A stretch of 64,000 nt of DNA, from the NCBI GenBank assembly GCA_046341215.1, contig JBKDRU010000005.1, forward strand, positions 79,233 through 143,232, read 5' to 3'. The translations under genes and the position numbers were made by a program. Of the stretch, positions 37,802 to 47,717 are shown one piece after another. This stretch comes from Vampirovibrionales bacterium (GTDB lineage: Bacteria; Cyanobacteriota; Vampirovibrionia; Vampirovibrionales; JAJTHC01). How positions within the stretch are numbered: the stretch's first letter is position 1; each line of letters begins with the position of its first letter. The notes beneath the pieces were generated by a model that made no database searches, was not told the DNA's origin, and saw nothing but the letters and a program-made list of their open reading frames with translations.

Positions 37802-38404
37802 TTAAGCCAAGCGAGCTTCAGCTGCCGACCAATCAATGTTATTGAAGAATGCACCGATGTACAAACCTTTTTCCGTAGGCTTATAGTCTACAGTGAAGGC
37901 ATGTTCCCATACATCCATGACCAAAATAGCGTTAAAGCCTGCAGGGTGACCATTTTCGTGATCGCTAATCCAGAAGTTTTGCAAGCGTTTGGATTCAGGA
38001 TCTTGATACAAGACCGCCCAGCCGATGCCACGCATCAAGCCTGTGCCTTTAAAATCTTTTTCCCAATTGGCATAAGACCCAAAATCTTCGACGATTTTTT
38101 TGTAAAGCGTTGAACTTTCAGACAAGGTTGCTCCACCATTAGGCGTCAAGTTGCCGAAATAGTATTCATGCAAACGCATGCCTGAGTATTCAAAACCAAA
38201 ACGACGCTTGAGTTCGTTGTATTCAGGGGTATTGATTTCACCCGCTTCAATCAAGGCAGAAATTTTAGTGGCAACAAGGTTGGTATTGTTTACGTAGCCT
38301 TGGTACAACTTAAAATGTTGTTCCAACTGTTCTTTTGAAAGCCCGTTATAGCCTTCAGACGCATAGGTTTTTGCTTCATAAGCAAAAGCGGTTGCTGTAG
38401 TCAT
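37802..38404 (-). CDS. Fe/Mn superoxide dismutase
   Basis: The metal ligands are conserved: His in EQHF, His in RLHEYYF, and Asp and His in DVWEHAF. Overall the protein matches SodA/SodB. Confidence 0.9.
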   Translation of the reverse strand: MTTATAFAYEAKTYASEGYNGLSKEQLEQHFKLYQGYVNNTNLVATKISALIEAGEINTPEYNELKRRFGFEYSGMRLHEYYFGNLTPNGGATLSESSTLYKKIVEDFGSYANWEKDFKGTGLMRGIGWAVLYQDPESKRLQNFWISDHENGHPAGFNAILVMDVWEHAFTVDYKPTEKGLYIGAFFNNIDWSAAEARLA

Positions 38405-38696
38405 GTGTATCTTCCTTCTTCAAACAATAGAGTATCCAAACATAGACTTCTTTACTGTAACATATTTTTGAGAAAAGAAACGACTTTTTTATTAAAAAAA
38501 GCTTAAGAGTGAAGGGGTTTCAGATATAAAAAAGTGGCTTTGTCTCCCCCTCCTAATTTTAGGAGAGGGTATTCAAGCCTTCCATCAAACAATATCTCTA
38601 TTTTTTAAAAGAGAGTTTACACAAAGGACTTTAAAAAAGGTATACTAAAACGGAGTGAAGTCATTAAACGCTAGGCTGAAATCTAAACTATAGGGA

Positions 38697-39137
38697 ATGC
38701 ATATCATGTCGTCTGAAAGCTTGCATGAAGAAGAACACCTTGAATCCAGTGCCATTGCACCGAAAGTGCAACAAGAAGAAATGGCGAAACAGTGGGGCTA
38801 CATCGCAGGAAGCCTGACCTTTGTCTTGCTCGTCTTTCCCCAATTGTTTAGTGGGTTACCAAGCCCTGATTACGTGGGGATTTCCCTATTAGGCACAGGC
38901 GTCATGTATGTGTTAGGCTATTTAATCGGTAATATCTGGCATGCCCCTCGACGCAAACCACGCAAGAAAGCCAAGAAGGCAAGCTCAACAAATGCCCAAG
39001 CCCTTCCAAAAGAATTGCCAGCAGATCTTGAGCCCTTGGAAAAAGAGGCTCCTGCAAGCGTCACGCCTGTGGCGGAAGTCGACACCACCCATCAAACGGT
39101 GGATGAAGCGGAAGCCTTAGGCTTAGAAGAGGCTTAG
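38697..39137 (+). CDS. Hypothetical small membrane protein
   Basis: It has two predicted transmembrane helices, followed by a Lys/Arg-rich segment and then an acidic tail. Confidence 0.4.
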   Translation: MHIMSSESLHEEEHLESSAIAPKVQQEEMAKQWGYIAGSLTFVLLVFPQLFSGLPSPDYVGISLLGTGVMYVLGYLIGNIWHAPRRKPRKKAKKASSTNAQALPKELPADLEPLEKEAPASVTPVAEVDTTHQTVDEAEALGLEEA

Positions 39138-39219
39138 AAGCAGAAGAAGGCTTTCCCTTTTTTGTGTCCATAGAGTATACTAGACATATATAGAGCTTGA
39201 GAGAATAGGCAAACGATAT

Positions 39220-41442
39220 ATGCACGGCATTCCTAAAAAACGATACGGCGAACTCATCACACAAAAAGGTGTTCCTTACCCATTGGGGGCGTCTTATGAT
39301 GGTTGTGGCGTCAACTTTGCGATTTTTTCTTCCACTGCAAGCAAGGTCGAACTCTGCTTCTTTGACGGCATAAAGGCTCGCAGGGAATCCATTCGCATTC
39401 CCCTTAACACCAAAACCAATCATGTGTGGCATATTTATATTGAAGGCTTACAACCTGGGCAATTGTACGGCTATCGTGTTCATGGGGCGTATGACCCTGA
39501 ACATGGGCACCGATTCAACCCTCGCAAAGTGCTGTTGGATCCTTATGCCAAATCCGTGGCTCGTCAAGTGAAAGATATTGATGTCCTGTACGGCTATAAA
39601 GTGGGGCATGCCAAGCAAGATTTTGCCATTGACAACCGAGATTCCGCCCCTTATGCTCCCTTGGGTGTTGTGATTGACGACGCCTTTTCCTGGGGAGATG
39701 ATGCCCCCCCGCACATCCCGATGGAAGACACGATTGTGCTTGAATCCCATGTTAAAGGCTCCACGATGCTCAATCCAGCCTTGCCTGCTGCCATGCGAGG
39801 CACTTACGCCGCCTTGGGTAGCGATGCCATGATTCAATACTATAAAGAACTCGGCGTTACCACGATTGAGCTGTTGCCTGTTCATGCCTTTATTGATGAG
39901 CCGCATTTAAAAGACACGGAGCTGGTGAACTATTGGGGCTATAATACGCTCAACTATTTTTCACCGCATCCCTATTATGCGATGACCAAAGATCCGCATG
40001 AAGTCGTGCGAGAGTTTAAATCCATGGTGCGCAGTCTGCATAAAGCAGGGCTTGAAGTCGTGTTGGATGTCGTCTACAATCACACCTGCGAAGGCAACCA
40101 TATGGGAGCCACCTTCAGCTGGAAGGGCATCGACAATCAAGCCTATTACCGCACCGTGCCTGAATCAAGCCGTTTTTACATGGATTTTACAGGTTGTGGC
40201 AACACGCTCGACAGCACCAGCCCGCCTGCGTTGACGATGATTTTAGATAGCCTGCGGTATTGGGTGAGCGAAATGCACGTCGATGGATTCCGCTTCGATT
40301 TAACGTCCGCCTTAGCCCGTGAACACTTTGATTTTTCCACCAAATCTTCCTTCTTTCAAGCCATCGCCCAAGATCCTATCCTCAAGCGAGTCAAGCTTTT
40401 TGCTGAGCCGTGGGACACAGGCGTTGGGGGCTATCAGGTGGGTAACTTCCCCTTAGGATGGTCGGAATGGAACGGCCGTTACCGAGACACCTTACGAGCC
40501 TTTTGGAATCAGCAACACGCCACGCTCAACCAGTTGGCGACTCGTTTGGCAGGCTCAAGCGATTTGTTTCAGCATAACGGCAGGCATCCGTATAATAGTC
40601 TCAATTTTGTAACCTGTCACGACGGCTTTAGCTTAGAAGACTTGGTGAGCTATAACGGAAAGCACAACGAAGCCAACGGCGAAAATAATCGAGACGGCAC
40701 CAACGACAACCGCAGTTACAACGGCGGAGTAGAAGGCGTCACCTCAGATGCGAAGGTGAAAGCCGAACGTCAGCGTCGTAAACGTAATTTAATGACGACC
40801 CTGCTCTTTTCCATCGGAACACCCATGATTTTAGCAGGCGACGAACTCAGCCGTACCCAACAGGGCAATAACAACACCTATTGCCAAGACAACGAACTTT
40901 CTTGGTTGGATTGGGACTTTGAAAATAATCCTGAGAAACGAGACTTCTTTCAATTTACTTGCAAAGCCATTGAAGTACGGCAAAGCCTCGCAGCCTTCAA
41001 ACGCCGCACCTTTTTCACAGGCACGCCCAGTCCGAAAAGTGGCATTCCTGATGTCACCTGGTGGCGCGCCACAGGCAAGCCCCTTTCCATTGAAGATTGG
41101 CATAACCCCAGCCTGCGGTGCATGGGTTTGTTGATTGACGGCAAAGCGAACCGCAAGTTTTGCGACAACCCTAACGCCGATTTTTCAAGCGTTTTATTGA
41201 TCATTAACGATCAACCCAATGATGAGCAGTTTTACTTGCCGACGCATCGTAGTGACCAAACCCCTTGGGAAGTTTTGCTGGATACCGCTTCGCCTAATGG
41301 ATCGCCACGCTTTGAGCAGATCGAATGGATGCCTCACACGCTCTTTCCCATTCAAGCGAAGAGTGTGGTCGTCTTAAAAATGAAGACGCCACCGCCGAGT
41401 GGGGGCTTTGGCAAGGGCTTATTTTTGACGTCGCTTGTTTAA
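39220..41442 (+). CDS. glgX: Glycogen debranching enzyme GlgX (GH13 isoamylase-type)
   Basis: The N-terminal CBM48 pattern (PLGASYDGCGVNFAIFSS..VELCFFD), GH13 catalytic regions (GFRFDL, EPWD, FVTCHDGFSL) and overall length fit GlgX/TreX. Confidence 0.9.
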   Translation: MHGIPKKRYGELITQKGVPYPLGASYDGCGVNFAIFSSTASKVELCFFDGIKARRESIRIPLNTKTNHVWHIYIEGLQPGQLYGYRVHGAYDPEHGHRFNPRKVLLDPYAKSVARQVKDIDVLYGYKVGHAKQDFAIDNRDSAPYAPLGVVIDDAFSWGDDAPPHIPMEDTIVLESHVKGSTMLNPALPAAMRGTYAALGSDAMIQYYKELGVTTIELLPVHAFIDEPHLKDTELVNYWGYNTLNYFSPHPYYAMTKDPHEVVREFKSMVRSLHKAGLEVVLDVVYNHTCEGNHMGATFSWKGIDNQAYYRTVPESSRFYMDFTGCGNTLDSTSPPALTMILDSLRYWVSEMHVDGFRFDLTSALAREHFDFSTKSSFFQAIAQDPILKRVKLFAEPWDTGVGGYQVGNFPLGWSEWNGRYRDTLRAFWNQQHATLNQLATRLAGSSDLFQHNGRHPYNSLNFVTCHDGFSLEDLVSYNGKHNEANGENNRDGTNDNRSYNGGVEGVTSDAKVKAERQRRKRNLMTTLLFSIGTPMILAGDELSRTQQGNNNTYCQDNELSWLDWDFENNPEKRDFFQFTCKAIEVRQSLAAFKRRTFFTGTPSPKSGIPDVTWWRATGKPLSIEDWHNPSLRCMGLLIDGKANRKFCDNPNADFSSVLLIINDQPNDEQFYLPTHRSDQTPWEVLLDTASPNGSPRFEQIEWMPHTLFPIQAKSVVVLKMKTPPPSGGFGKGLFLTSLV

Positions 41443-41464
41443 TTTTGGATTTCTAGCTTTTTTT

Positions 41465-41695
41465 GTAGCTGGTCGTTGTCAGAGACCTTTGCTTTCTAGC
41501 TTTGGCTAGCTCCGTTTAACGCTGGTGCTTGGGGGTCTTTGTGCCGCCAAAGACTCCCCAAACCCCCAAAGCGGCTTAAGGGGGGACGAAGGGGAGGAGA
41601 AACGCAATGCGTCCTTCCCCGTCCCCCCTTGAACCGCCTTTAGAGGTGTTGGAGACCTTTGGCGGAGCAAAGGTCTCTGACGACCGACCAGCTAC
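41465..41695. mobile_element. 231-bp MITE/REP-like element with 28-bp terminal inverted repeats (copy B, full length)
   Basis: The left terminal repeat is GTAGCTGGTCGTTGTCAGAGACCTTTGC (41465-41492). The right terminal repeat is GCAAAGGTCTCTGACGACCGACCAGCTAC (41667-41695). Inside are hairpins (GGGGTCTTTG...CAAAGACTCCCC) and the G-rich/C-rich palindrome GGGGGGACG...CGTCCCCCCC. Its right half is the reverse complement of 9167..9283. It encodes no ORF. Confidence 0.8.
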
Positions 41696-41786
41696 AAAAG
41701 GAGATAGAAATCCAAGAAACATAACACACCATATCCATAAAATACGATATAATAGACGTATCTCGTTTTTTTAAAGGTCACCCCTC

Positions 41787-42851
41787 ATGCACGATGCTTC
41801 CCTCGATTTCCTAGAAAAACCAAGTCTCCACGCCTTCTATCACGCTGATGTGTGGACGGCGTCTTACGCAGGGAAGAAGGTACTCGTCACAGGAGCAGGT
41901 GGCTTCATACCGTCGCACCTCGTCGAAGCCCTCGTGCTGGCGGATGCTCACGTCACCGCCCTCGTCAAATACAACGGAGCCAGCGATATCGGCAACCTGC
42001 GTTACCTGCCTGACGCCTTACGCCAAAATATCAACATCCTGTTTGGCGATGTCACCGATGCCTTTATGATGCACCGCCTCGTCAAATCGCAAGACATGGT
42101 CTTTCATCTCGCTGCCCTTATCGGTATTCCCTACTCGTATTTAGCGCCGCAACATTATGTGAATACCAACATTCAAGGCACGCTCAACATCCTAGAAGCT
42201 TGTCGTGACAAGGATATTCCCGTGGTGCAGACGTCCACCAGTGAAACCTACGGTACCGCCATTTACACGCCGATCGATGAAAAGCACCCCTTGCAAGGGC
42301 AGTCGCCGTATTCCGCGTCTAAAATCGGGGCGGATATGCTGGCGGAAAGCTATTTTAGAAGTTTTGAAACCCCTGTTTCCGTGATTCGTCCCTTCAATAC
42401 CTTTGGACCTCGGCAATCCGCACGCGCCTTTATTCCCACCGTGATTCAACAAGTATTATACAGCGATGCCTTGCGTGTCGGGAGTTTAGACCCCCAACGA
42501 GACCTTTCCCCTGTGTGGGACACGGTTCGGGGCTTCCTTGCGGTGGGAGCAAACCCGGTGTCTCGTGGGGAAGTGATTAACATCGGCAACGGTAAGACGC
42601 AGAGCATGCGGGATGTCCTTCAGCAGATTTTGCGATTAACCGACAAAGAAGACTTACCCATTTTGGCGAATGAAGCGGTAAGGGTGCGTCCTGAAAAAAG
42701 CGAAGTGCAAGTGCTGTTGGGGGATACTACTAAGGCGAAAACCCTGCTGGGGTGGGAGCCTAAGCTCACGCTCGAAGAAGGGTTGAGACAGGCGATCGCC
42801 TTTAGCAAAGCCCATCCGTCGCATCAAGGCACGGCAGGCTATGCGGTTTAG
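41787..42851 (+). CDS. NAD-dependent epimerase/dehydratase (extended SDR)
   Basis: The Rossmann motif VTGAGGFIPSHL and the catalytic YSASK (YxxxK) are present. Confidence 0.8.
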   Translation: MHDASLDFLEKPSLHAFYHADVWTASYAGKKVLVTGAGGFIPSHLVEALVLADAHVTALVKYNGASDIGNLRYLPDALRQNINILFGDVTDAFMMHRLVKSQDMVFHLAALIGIPYSYLAPQHYVNTNIQGTLNILEACRDKDIPVVQTSTSETYGTAIYTPIDEKHPLQGQSPYSASKIGADMLAESYFRSFETPVSVIRPFNTFGPRQSARAFIPTVIQQVLYSDALRVGSLDPQRDLSPVWDTVRGFLAVGANPVSRGEVINIGNGKTQSMRDVLQQILRLTDKEDLPILANEAVRVRPEKSEVQVLLGDTTKAKTLLGWEPKLTLEEGLRQAIAFSKAHPSHQGTAGYAV

Positions 42852-42873
42852 ATTTTTAGCGTCACTACGTCGA

Positions 42874-44160
42874 TTACTTACGCTTCGTTGCCAAGGCTTT
42901 ATTCAGCTTCTCCTGCTTTGCCCAAGACGCCGAGGCGTCTTTTAAGGCTTGCTTAAAGGCAGGTTCCACATAAGCAGGGGGCATGTAACGTTTCACCCAC
43001 CCGATCGCTGTTTGCCGAGCCTTCGCATCATTCAGCAAAATATCCACACCTGCCCCCTTATCTGGGTACAAACTCAAGGATTTCACCGCTTCCGTAATAC
43101 GAAAGAGCTTTTGCGTGTCCGCATAACTCATTTGTTCGCTTTGGCTTGCCATGTATAAAATGGGTACATGGCTATTCATTACCGAAAGAATGGGACTGAT
43201 TTTCTTAGTTTCCAGCCTCGCACCGATGCTCACCACCGCTTTGAGATGCACATCTTTTTCGGCAGCTCTCACCAATAAGGCATTGGCGCTAATGCCTTCG
43301 GCGATGATCGCCATTTTTTGAGGCAGCACTTCTAAAGGGAATTTTTCTGCATCCAGTTCAGGGTGCTTAAAGTAATGTTCCACCCGTTTAAAGTCTTTGG
43401 TGAGTTGCGTCCAATCGGGTTGGGTGAAAATACGCCACGATTTTACGCCTCCGTATGCCAAGCCTTCACTGATGCCATGCCCTCGTACGTCTAAAAGCAA
43501 GACGGCATAACCTGCTTTGACTAAATCAGGCACCAAGAATTGCAAGCGTTTGCCTGAAGACGACAAGCGATGCGTCACCACTACCAAGGGGTATCGATAG
43601 CTGGGTAAAGGGCGAGCAGGCGGGGCTTTAGGCTTGGCAGGGCTTTCACCTTCTTCACCTTCAGCGTCTTCACCTTCTTCTGCACTGGCTTCTTCTTCGG
43701 GAGCCTCTTCTTCAGCGACGTCTTCCCCTTCTTCTCCTTCAGCAGGTGCGACCGCTTCGACAGGGGGCTTGGCTTTCAAGGCTTGCACTTCGCCATAAGG
43801 GCTATATAAATCCCCTTGTAAAACAAAGCCATCTACAGTCGTCCAGCTTAATCGGGTGGGGTGGTAGTCTTCGGCAAGCGTGTATCTTAAATGTGTTTCA
43901 ACAGGCGGTGGAGGCGGGGGAGCAGGCTTTTTAGTTTCACCCTCTTCGCCTTCTTCTTCACCCTCTTCGCCTTCAGCTTCAGCGTCTTCTCCTTCTCCTT
44001 CTCCTTCAACTTCTTCAGAACCTTCTTCTACAGGCGGTTTCGATCCAGGTAATTCGCATCCGCTTAAAAAAACAGGAACGCTCGTTGCCAAAAACAACAG
44101 TAGCAGGACACTAGAGCGTCCTACGATTTTTAAGAAACTGTCTAAAAAAGAGCGGTTCAT
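42874..44160 (-). CDS. Lipoprotein, alpha/beta-hydrolase fold with poly-acidic Glu/Gly/Ala linkers
   Basis: A lipobox LSGC follows a hydrophobic signal when the start is taken at MNRSF (44160); the ORF extends to 44238. There are two low-complexity acidic tracts (EEVEGEGEGEDAEAEGEEGEEEGEEGE and GEEGEDVAEEEAPEEEASAEEGEDAEGEEGE). The C-terminal part has an alpha/beta-hydrolase-like core (LLLDVRGHGISEG). Confidence 0.55.
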   Translation of the reverse strand: MNRSFLDSFLKIVGRSSVLLLLFLATSVPVFLSGCELPGSKPPVEEGSEEVEGEGEGEDAEAEGEEGEEEGEEGETKKPAPPPPPPVETHLRYTLAEDYHPTRLSWTTVDGFVLQGDLYSPYGEVQALKAKPPVEAVAPAEGEEGEDVAEEEAPEEEASAEEGEDAEGEEGESPAKPKAPPARPLPSYRYPLVVVTHRLSSSGKRLQFLVPDLVKAGYAVLLLDVRGHGISEGLAYGGVKSWRIFTQPDWTQLTKDFKRVEHYFKHPELDAEKFPLEVLPQKMAIIAEGISANALLVRAAEKDVHLKAVVSIGARLETKKISPILSVMNSHVPILYMASQSEQMSYADTQKLFRITEAVKSLSLYPDKGAGVDILLNDAKARQTAIGWVKRYMPPAYVEPAFKQALKDASASWAKQEKLNKALATKRK

Positions 44161-44258
44161 GGCGATGTTCCATGTTATGATGGTGGAAACTACTTCCTTC
44201 TTCGACTCTAAAAACACGCCGATACACCCGCCCCCCACAAGTAGAGGAGTCCCTTCTT

Positions 44259-44696
44259 TTGTCTTTCACCCATTCTCTATGGCAGACTTTTAATCAGCTT
44301 CCTGCGTGGCTTTTATTGAGTTTAGGTGCTTGCCTAGGAGCCTTTGCCCGTTACGGATTCACTCGCTTGTTTTCCCTTGAATGGCAAGGCATTTTGGGGA
44401 TTAACCTACTGGGATGCTTAGGCTTTGGCATCGGACTAGGGTTGACAATCGCCCTGCCTGAACGATTCGGCACGCCTGCCTTTCGGCTCTTTTTTCTAAC
44501 AGGGTGCATGGGTGCGATGACGACCTTTTCTAGCTACATGTTTAATATTTACCAAGCCCTTAACACAAGTCCCACCCCAGCTTGGGGGACGCTACTTTTA
44601 AACATCGCCTTGCAACATGGCTTAGGTCTCGTCCTGCTCGCCTTTGGCGTATGGATGGTACCTAGACTATTAAGACTGTTTATACCCTTACCTTAA
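44259..44696 (+). CDS. crcB: Fluoride ion channel CrcB/FluC
   Basis: A four-transmembrane small protein with the CrcB signature LGACLGAFARYGF. It has a TTG start with a GAGGAG ribosome-binding site 10 nt upstream. It overlaps the flgL stop convergently by 9 bp. Confidence 0.7.
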   Translation: MSFTHSLWQTFNQLPAWLLLSLGACLGAFARYGFTRLFSLEWQGILGINLLGCLGFGIGLGLTIALPERFGTPAFRLFFLTGCMGAMTTFSSYMFNIYQALNTSPTPAWGTLLLNIALQHGLGLVLLAFGVWMVPRLLRLFIPLP

Positions 44697-45599
44697 GAAG
44701 CTAAACAGTGTCTGCGGTAAAATCCGAGCCATCACCCCTAAGCTCGATTGGTTAATCTGTTCTTGAAAACGTAAATCGGTCACCAGCTTGGGCATGTCCA
44801 CATCTTGAATCGTGCTATAAAGTTGCGCTGATGAATCTTGACGGGTTTGGGTGCGGTCTTGCGTCGCGTTAAGCTGATTCAACGTTGAACCAATCGTCGC
44901 TTGACTAGAAAGTAAACTATTCATTTGCGTCGTCAATAAGTCCAACTGCGTACGAGTGGTTATGGTATCTGCCGTTGCTAACGCATTTTTCAAATCAATC
45001 ATCGTTCTAAAGACGCCTGCGGTCGTGTCGCCTAATAAGGCGTCGCCAGTGACGTTTAAGGTCACGATTGAGTTTTTCGCCACATCAATTTGTCGTTGAA
45101 AACTTCCTGTGGCTGGTGTGCCTGAATAGGTGACGACATCACCGACTCGTGTATAAGGGACGGCATTCGTGGTAGCGCCTGCAAATAGGTGGATGTCGCC
45201 TTGTTTGAAATTACCCAACTGCACCAGTTGATCGGTCAACAAATTGACTTCTTTTGAAATCGACAACATACCACTAGCCCCTGTGGTGACGTTAGCCCCC
45301 TGTGTGGCGAGTTCTTTGGCACGTTGTAGGATTTCCACCATCTGCGTCATGGCAGCATCCGTCGCTTTGAGTTCAGAAACGCCAGTGGCAATGTTTTTAA
45401 TATACTGTTCGTCTTCATTCATACTTCGCGTGACGCTTAACAACTGGGTCAAGCCTAGTGGGTCGTCACTCGCACGAATAATTTTTCGACCCAAGGACGC
45501 TTGTTCTTGGATTTTATTCAACCGCACCTGTGATTGTTGTAACCACTGGTTGCTTTGTTGGGATTGGTAGCCTGTGGCGATACGTCCGATGCCTGCCAT
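44688..45599 (-). CDS. flgL: Flagellar hook-associated protein 3 FlgL (flagellin-like N/C domains)
   Basis: The N-terminal pattern LGRKIIRASDDPLGL carries the SDDP motif typical of FlgL, where flagellin has AKDDAAG. A C-terminal flagellin-like helix is present in a 303-aa protein. Confidence 0.65.
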   Translation of the reverse strand: MAGIGRIATGYQSQQSNQWLQQSQVRLNKIQEQASLGRKIIRASDDPLGLTQLLSVTRSMNEDEQYIKNIATGVSELKATDAAMTQMVEILQRAKELATQGANVTTGASGMLSISKEVNLLTDQLVQLGNFKQGDIHLFAGATTNAVPYTRVGDVVTYSGTPATGSFQRQIDVAKNSIVTLNVTGDALLGDTTAGVFRTMIDLKNALATADTITTRTQLDLLTTQMNSLLSSQATIGSTLNQLNATQDRTQTRQDSSAQLYSTIQDVDMPKLVTDLRFQEQINQSSLGVMARILPQTLFSFLR

Positions 45600-45792
45600 A
45601 ATGGGGTATACTCTCTCTACATTGATGTCTCTCTACCTTATAGCATGACAAAGGCGATGGAGGATTACATCCACACAGCGATGTATTTTGTAGAATTGAG
45701 GTCGACCCCTGTACAGAAAAACTCAAGCCTACTATAATTACCTATATCCAAATAAGATTAAAAGAAGTAGTTTTTTCCAGGAGTTAACGCCA

Positions 45793-46896
45793 TTGTCTTC
45801 CAACACACTCAGCCTTTGTATGATTTGCAAAAATGAAGAGAACACGATCGGTCACTTGCTGGATTCTGTTCAAGGTGATTTGTTTGATCAAATTGTCGTG
45901 TGTGATACAGGTTCCACAGACGACACGTTAAACGTGCTAAAATCATACAATGTGCAAATAGAACATTTTGACTGGATTGACGACTTTAGTGCCGCTCGAA
46001 ATTTTTCGTTTTCAAAAGCGACCGGTGACTATATTATGTGGTTAGATGCGGATGATTATATTACACCTCAATACTACCAACAATTGTTAGAACTTAAGAA
46101 AAGGCTCCATGAATTTTCAATATGGCTATTAAAATATGAATATGCCTTTGACGAATACGGCAATTCACAGGCTTCTTTTTTTCGAGAACGTATTGTTAAA
46201 CGTGATTTAAACTTACAGTGGAATGAACCCATTCACGAATACCTCAAAATTGAACATCCTTATACACAAATAGATATAGAGATTCATCATCATAAAAAAG
46301 AACACCATACGGAACGAAATCTCTCTATTCTTGAAAAAATTGTACAAAACAGACCTCATGAAGCTCGTAATATTTATTATTTAGGTAAAGAATACTGTGA
46401 TGCTAAAAATACAGAAAAAGGCATTTCTTATCTAAAACGCTTTGTTACGATGCCTGATGCATGGTCTGAAAATAAGTATGAAGCGTTCATTAGAATTGCA
46501 GATTATGAAAGATCTTGTTTTAATGAAAAAGAAGTGAAATATTATTTATATGAAGCCATTAAAGAAGTTCCTTTAAAGACAAAAGCCTATTATTATTTAG
46601 GGAACTTGGCTTTGGATCGTTGTGAATATGATGAAGCTTTACATTGGTACAACCTTTGTATTTCAATGAAGCGACCAGCTAAAGCGATTGATATGGTAGA
46701 AAATCACTTTAATACATGGTTTCCTTATCTTCAAATATGCGTGGTTTATGATCGACAAGGGCTTTATAGAGAAGCCGCTATTGCGAATGAAAAAGCCATG
46801 CGGTTTCGACCTAATGATCCACTTATGCAAAAAAATAAAGCGTATTTTTCAAGTCGGCTCAAAGAAAAATATCCTCTTCCACAAGAAATCGTTTGA
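45793..46896 (+). CDS. Family 2 glycosyltransferase with C-terminal TPR repeats
   Basis: A GT-A fold N-domain is present (LSLCMICKNEE, VVCDTGSTDDT, DxD-like WLDADDYI), followed by TPR-like repeats. It has a TTG start with a CAGGAG ribosome-binding site. Confidence 0.7.
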   Translation: MSSNTLSLCMICKNEENTIGHLLDSVQGDLFDQIVVCDTGSTDDTLNVLKSYNVQIEHFDWIDDFSAARNFSFSKATGDYIMWLDADDYITPQYYQQLLELKKRLHEFSIWLLKYEYAFDEYGNSQASFFRERIVKRDLNLQWNEPIHEYLKIEHPYTQIDIEIHHHKKEHHTERNLSILEKIVQNRPHEARNIYYLGKEYCDAKNTEKGISYLKRFVTMPDAWSENKYEAFIRIADYERSCFNEKEVKYYLYEAIKEVPLKTKAYYYLGNLALDRCEYDEALHWYNLCISMKRPAKAIDMVENHFNTWFPYLQICVVYDRQGLYREAAIANEKAMRFRPNDPLMQKNKAYFSSRLKEKYPLPQEIV

Positions 46897-47161
46897 TTTC
46901 TTGTGGAAGCTCTGCAAAAGGGCGAGATCGTCATTGCGAACTTGTGTGAAGTAATCGGTTCAGACTTATACACGCAAGGGCTAAGCAATGTTGCTACGCT
47001 ACGTTTGCAATGACGGTCTGTTTTGGACTTTACAACTGTTTTTATACGAAATGTAACAAACACTAGCACAAAAGGAAGCACTCTTTGCCTTTATGCTATT
47101 ACAAAGGCTTTGAATCAAACAAAACACTTTTTTTAAGGGATTAAATAGGAAAAAAACGATT

Positions 47162-47623
47162 ATGATGTATCCATACAACGGAACACGCTTAATGCCCGAC
47201 GCTCCAACAGGATTTACCCCTGATGCAACCACCGCTGCGGTGGTACCAGGCTTAGCCTACCAACCTTTACCGGGACCGAATGGCATGCCAAGAGGTAACT
47301 TCGATTTAGGGCCTGCTACCGATGGTTTCTTGATGACCAATCCTTACGGCGGGACCCAAGAATACTTTGACGGTGCCACCTTATGGAACCGTGGCGGGAC
47401 CAGCGATGAAGTAAAAAAACTCATCAACGGTAGTGATTTTGGCATTACCCAACTTTCCCAATGGACGCAGTGGCAACAAGGCTTATCGCCTTATCCGCCT
47501 AACTTTAAGTTCCCTGCCCAATACCCAGCCTTCCCTGGTACGCCAGCGAATCCCTATGGTGCAGGGGCTGAACTTGGCCTGGCAGGCTTGCCTTACGCAG
47601 GTGGTTACGGAGCGGTGCGATAA
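47162..47623 (+). CDS. Pro/Gly/Tyr-rich hypothetical protein
   Basis: The ATG was verified. The composition is low complexity (PYG, PNG and NPYG motifs) with no transmembrane segment or signal peptide. Confidence 0.35.
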   Translation: MMYPYNGTRLMPDAPTGFTPDATTAAVVPGLAYQPLPGPNGMPRGNFDLGPATDGFLMTNPYGGTQEYFDGATLWNRGGTSDEVKKLINGSDFGITQLSQWTQWQQGLSPYPPNFKFPAQYPAFPGTPANPYGAGAELGLAGLPYAGGYGAVR

Positions 47624-47717
47624 ATAATATTGTGCCTTTTAAGCGACCCGTCGCCTCAGTAGCACCTCAACAACAGACCACCCCTGCGTCTGTTCGTACA
47701 AGTCCATCATAGCCGTT

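Noticed and set aside
44141-44258. Fluoride riboswitch (crcB motif) upstream of crcB
   Set aside because: The segment contains GGCGATG and TGATGG fragments. It lacks the ordered GGNGAUGGNGUUCNCC...AAC(C)GCC...GCUGAUGAUGCCUAC consensus. Most of it overlaps the N-terminus of the convergent lipoprotein gene. A covariance-model scan (Rfam RF01734) would be decisive.
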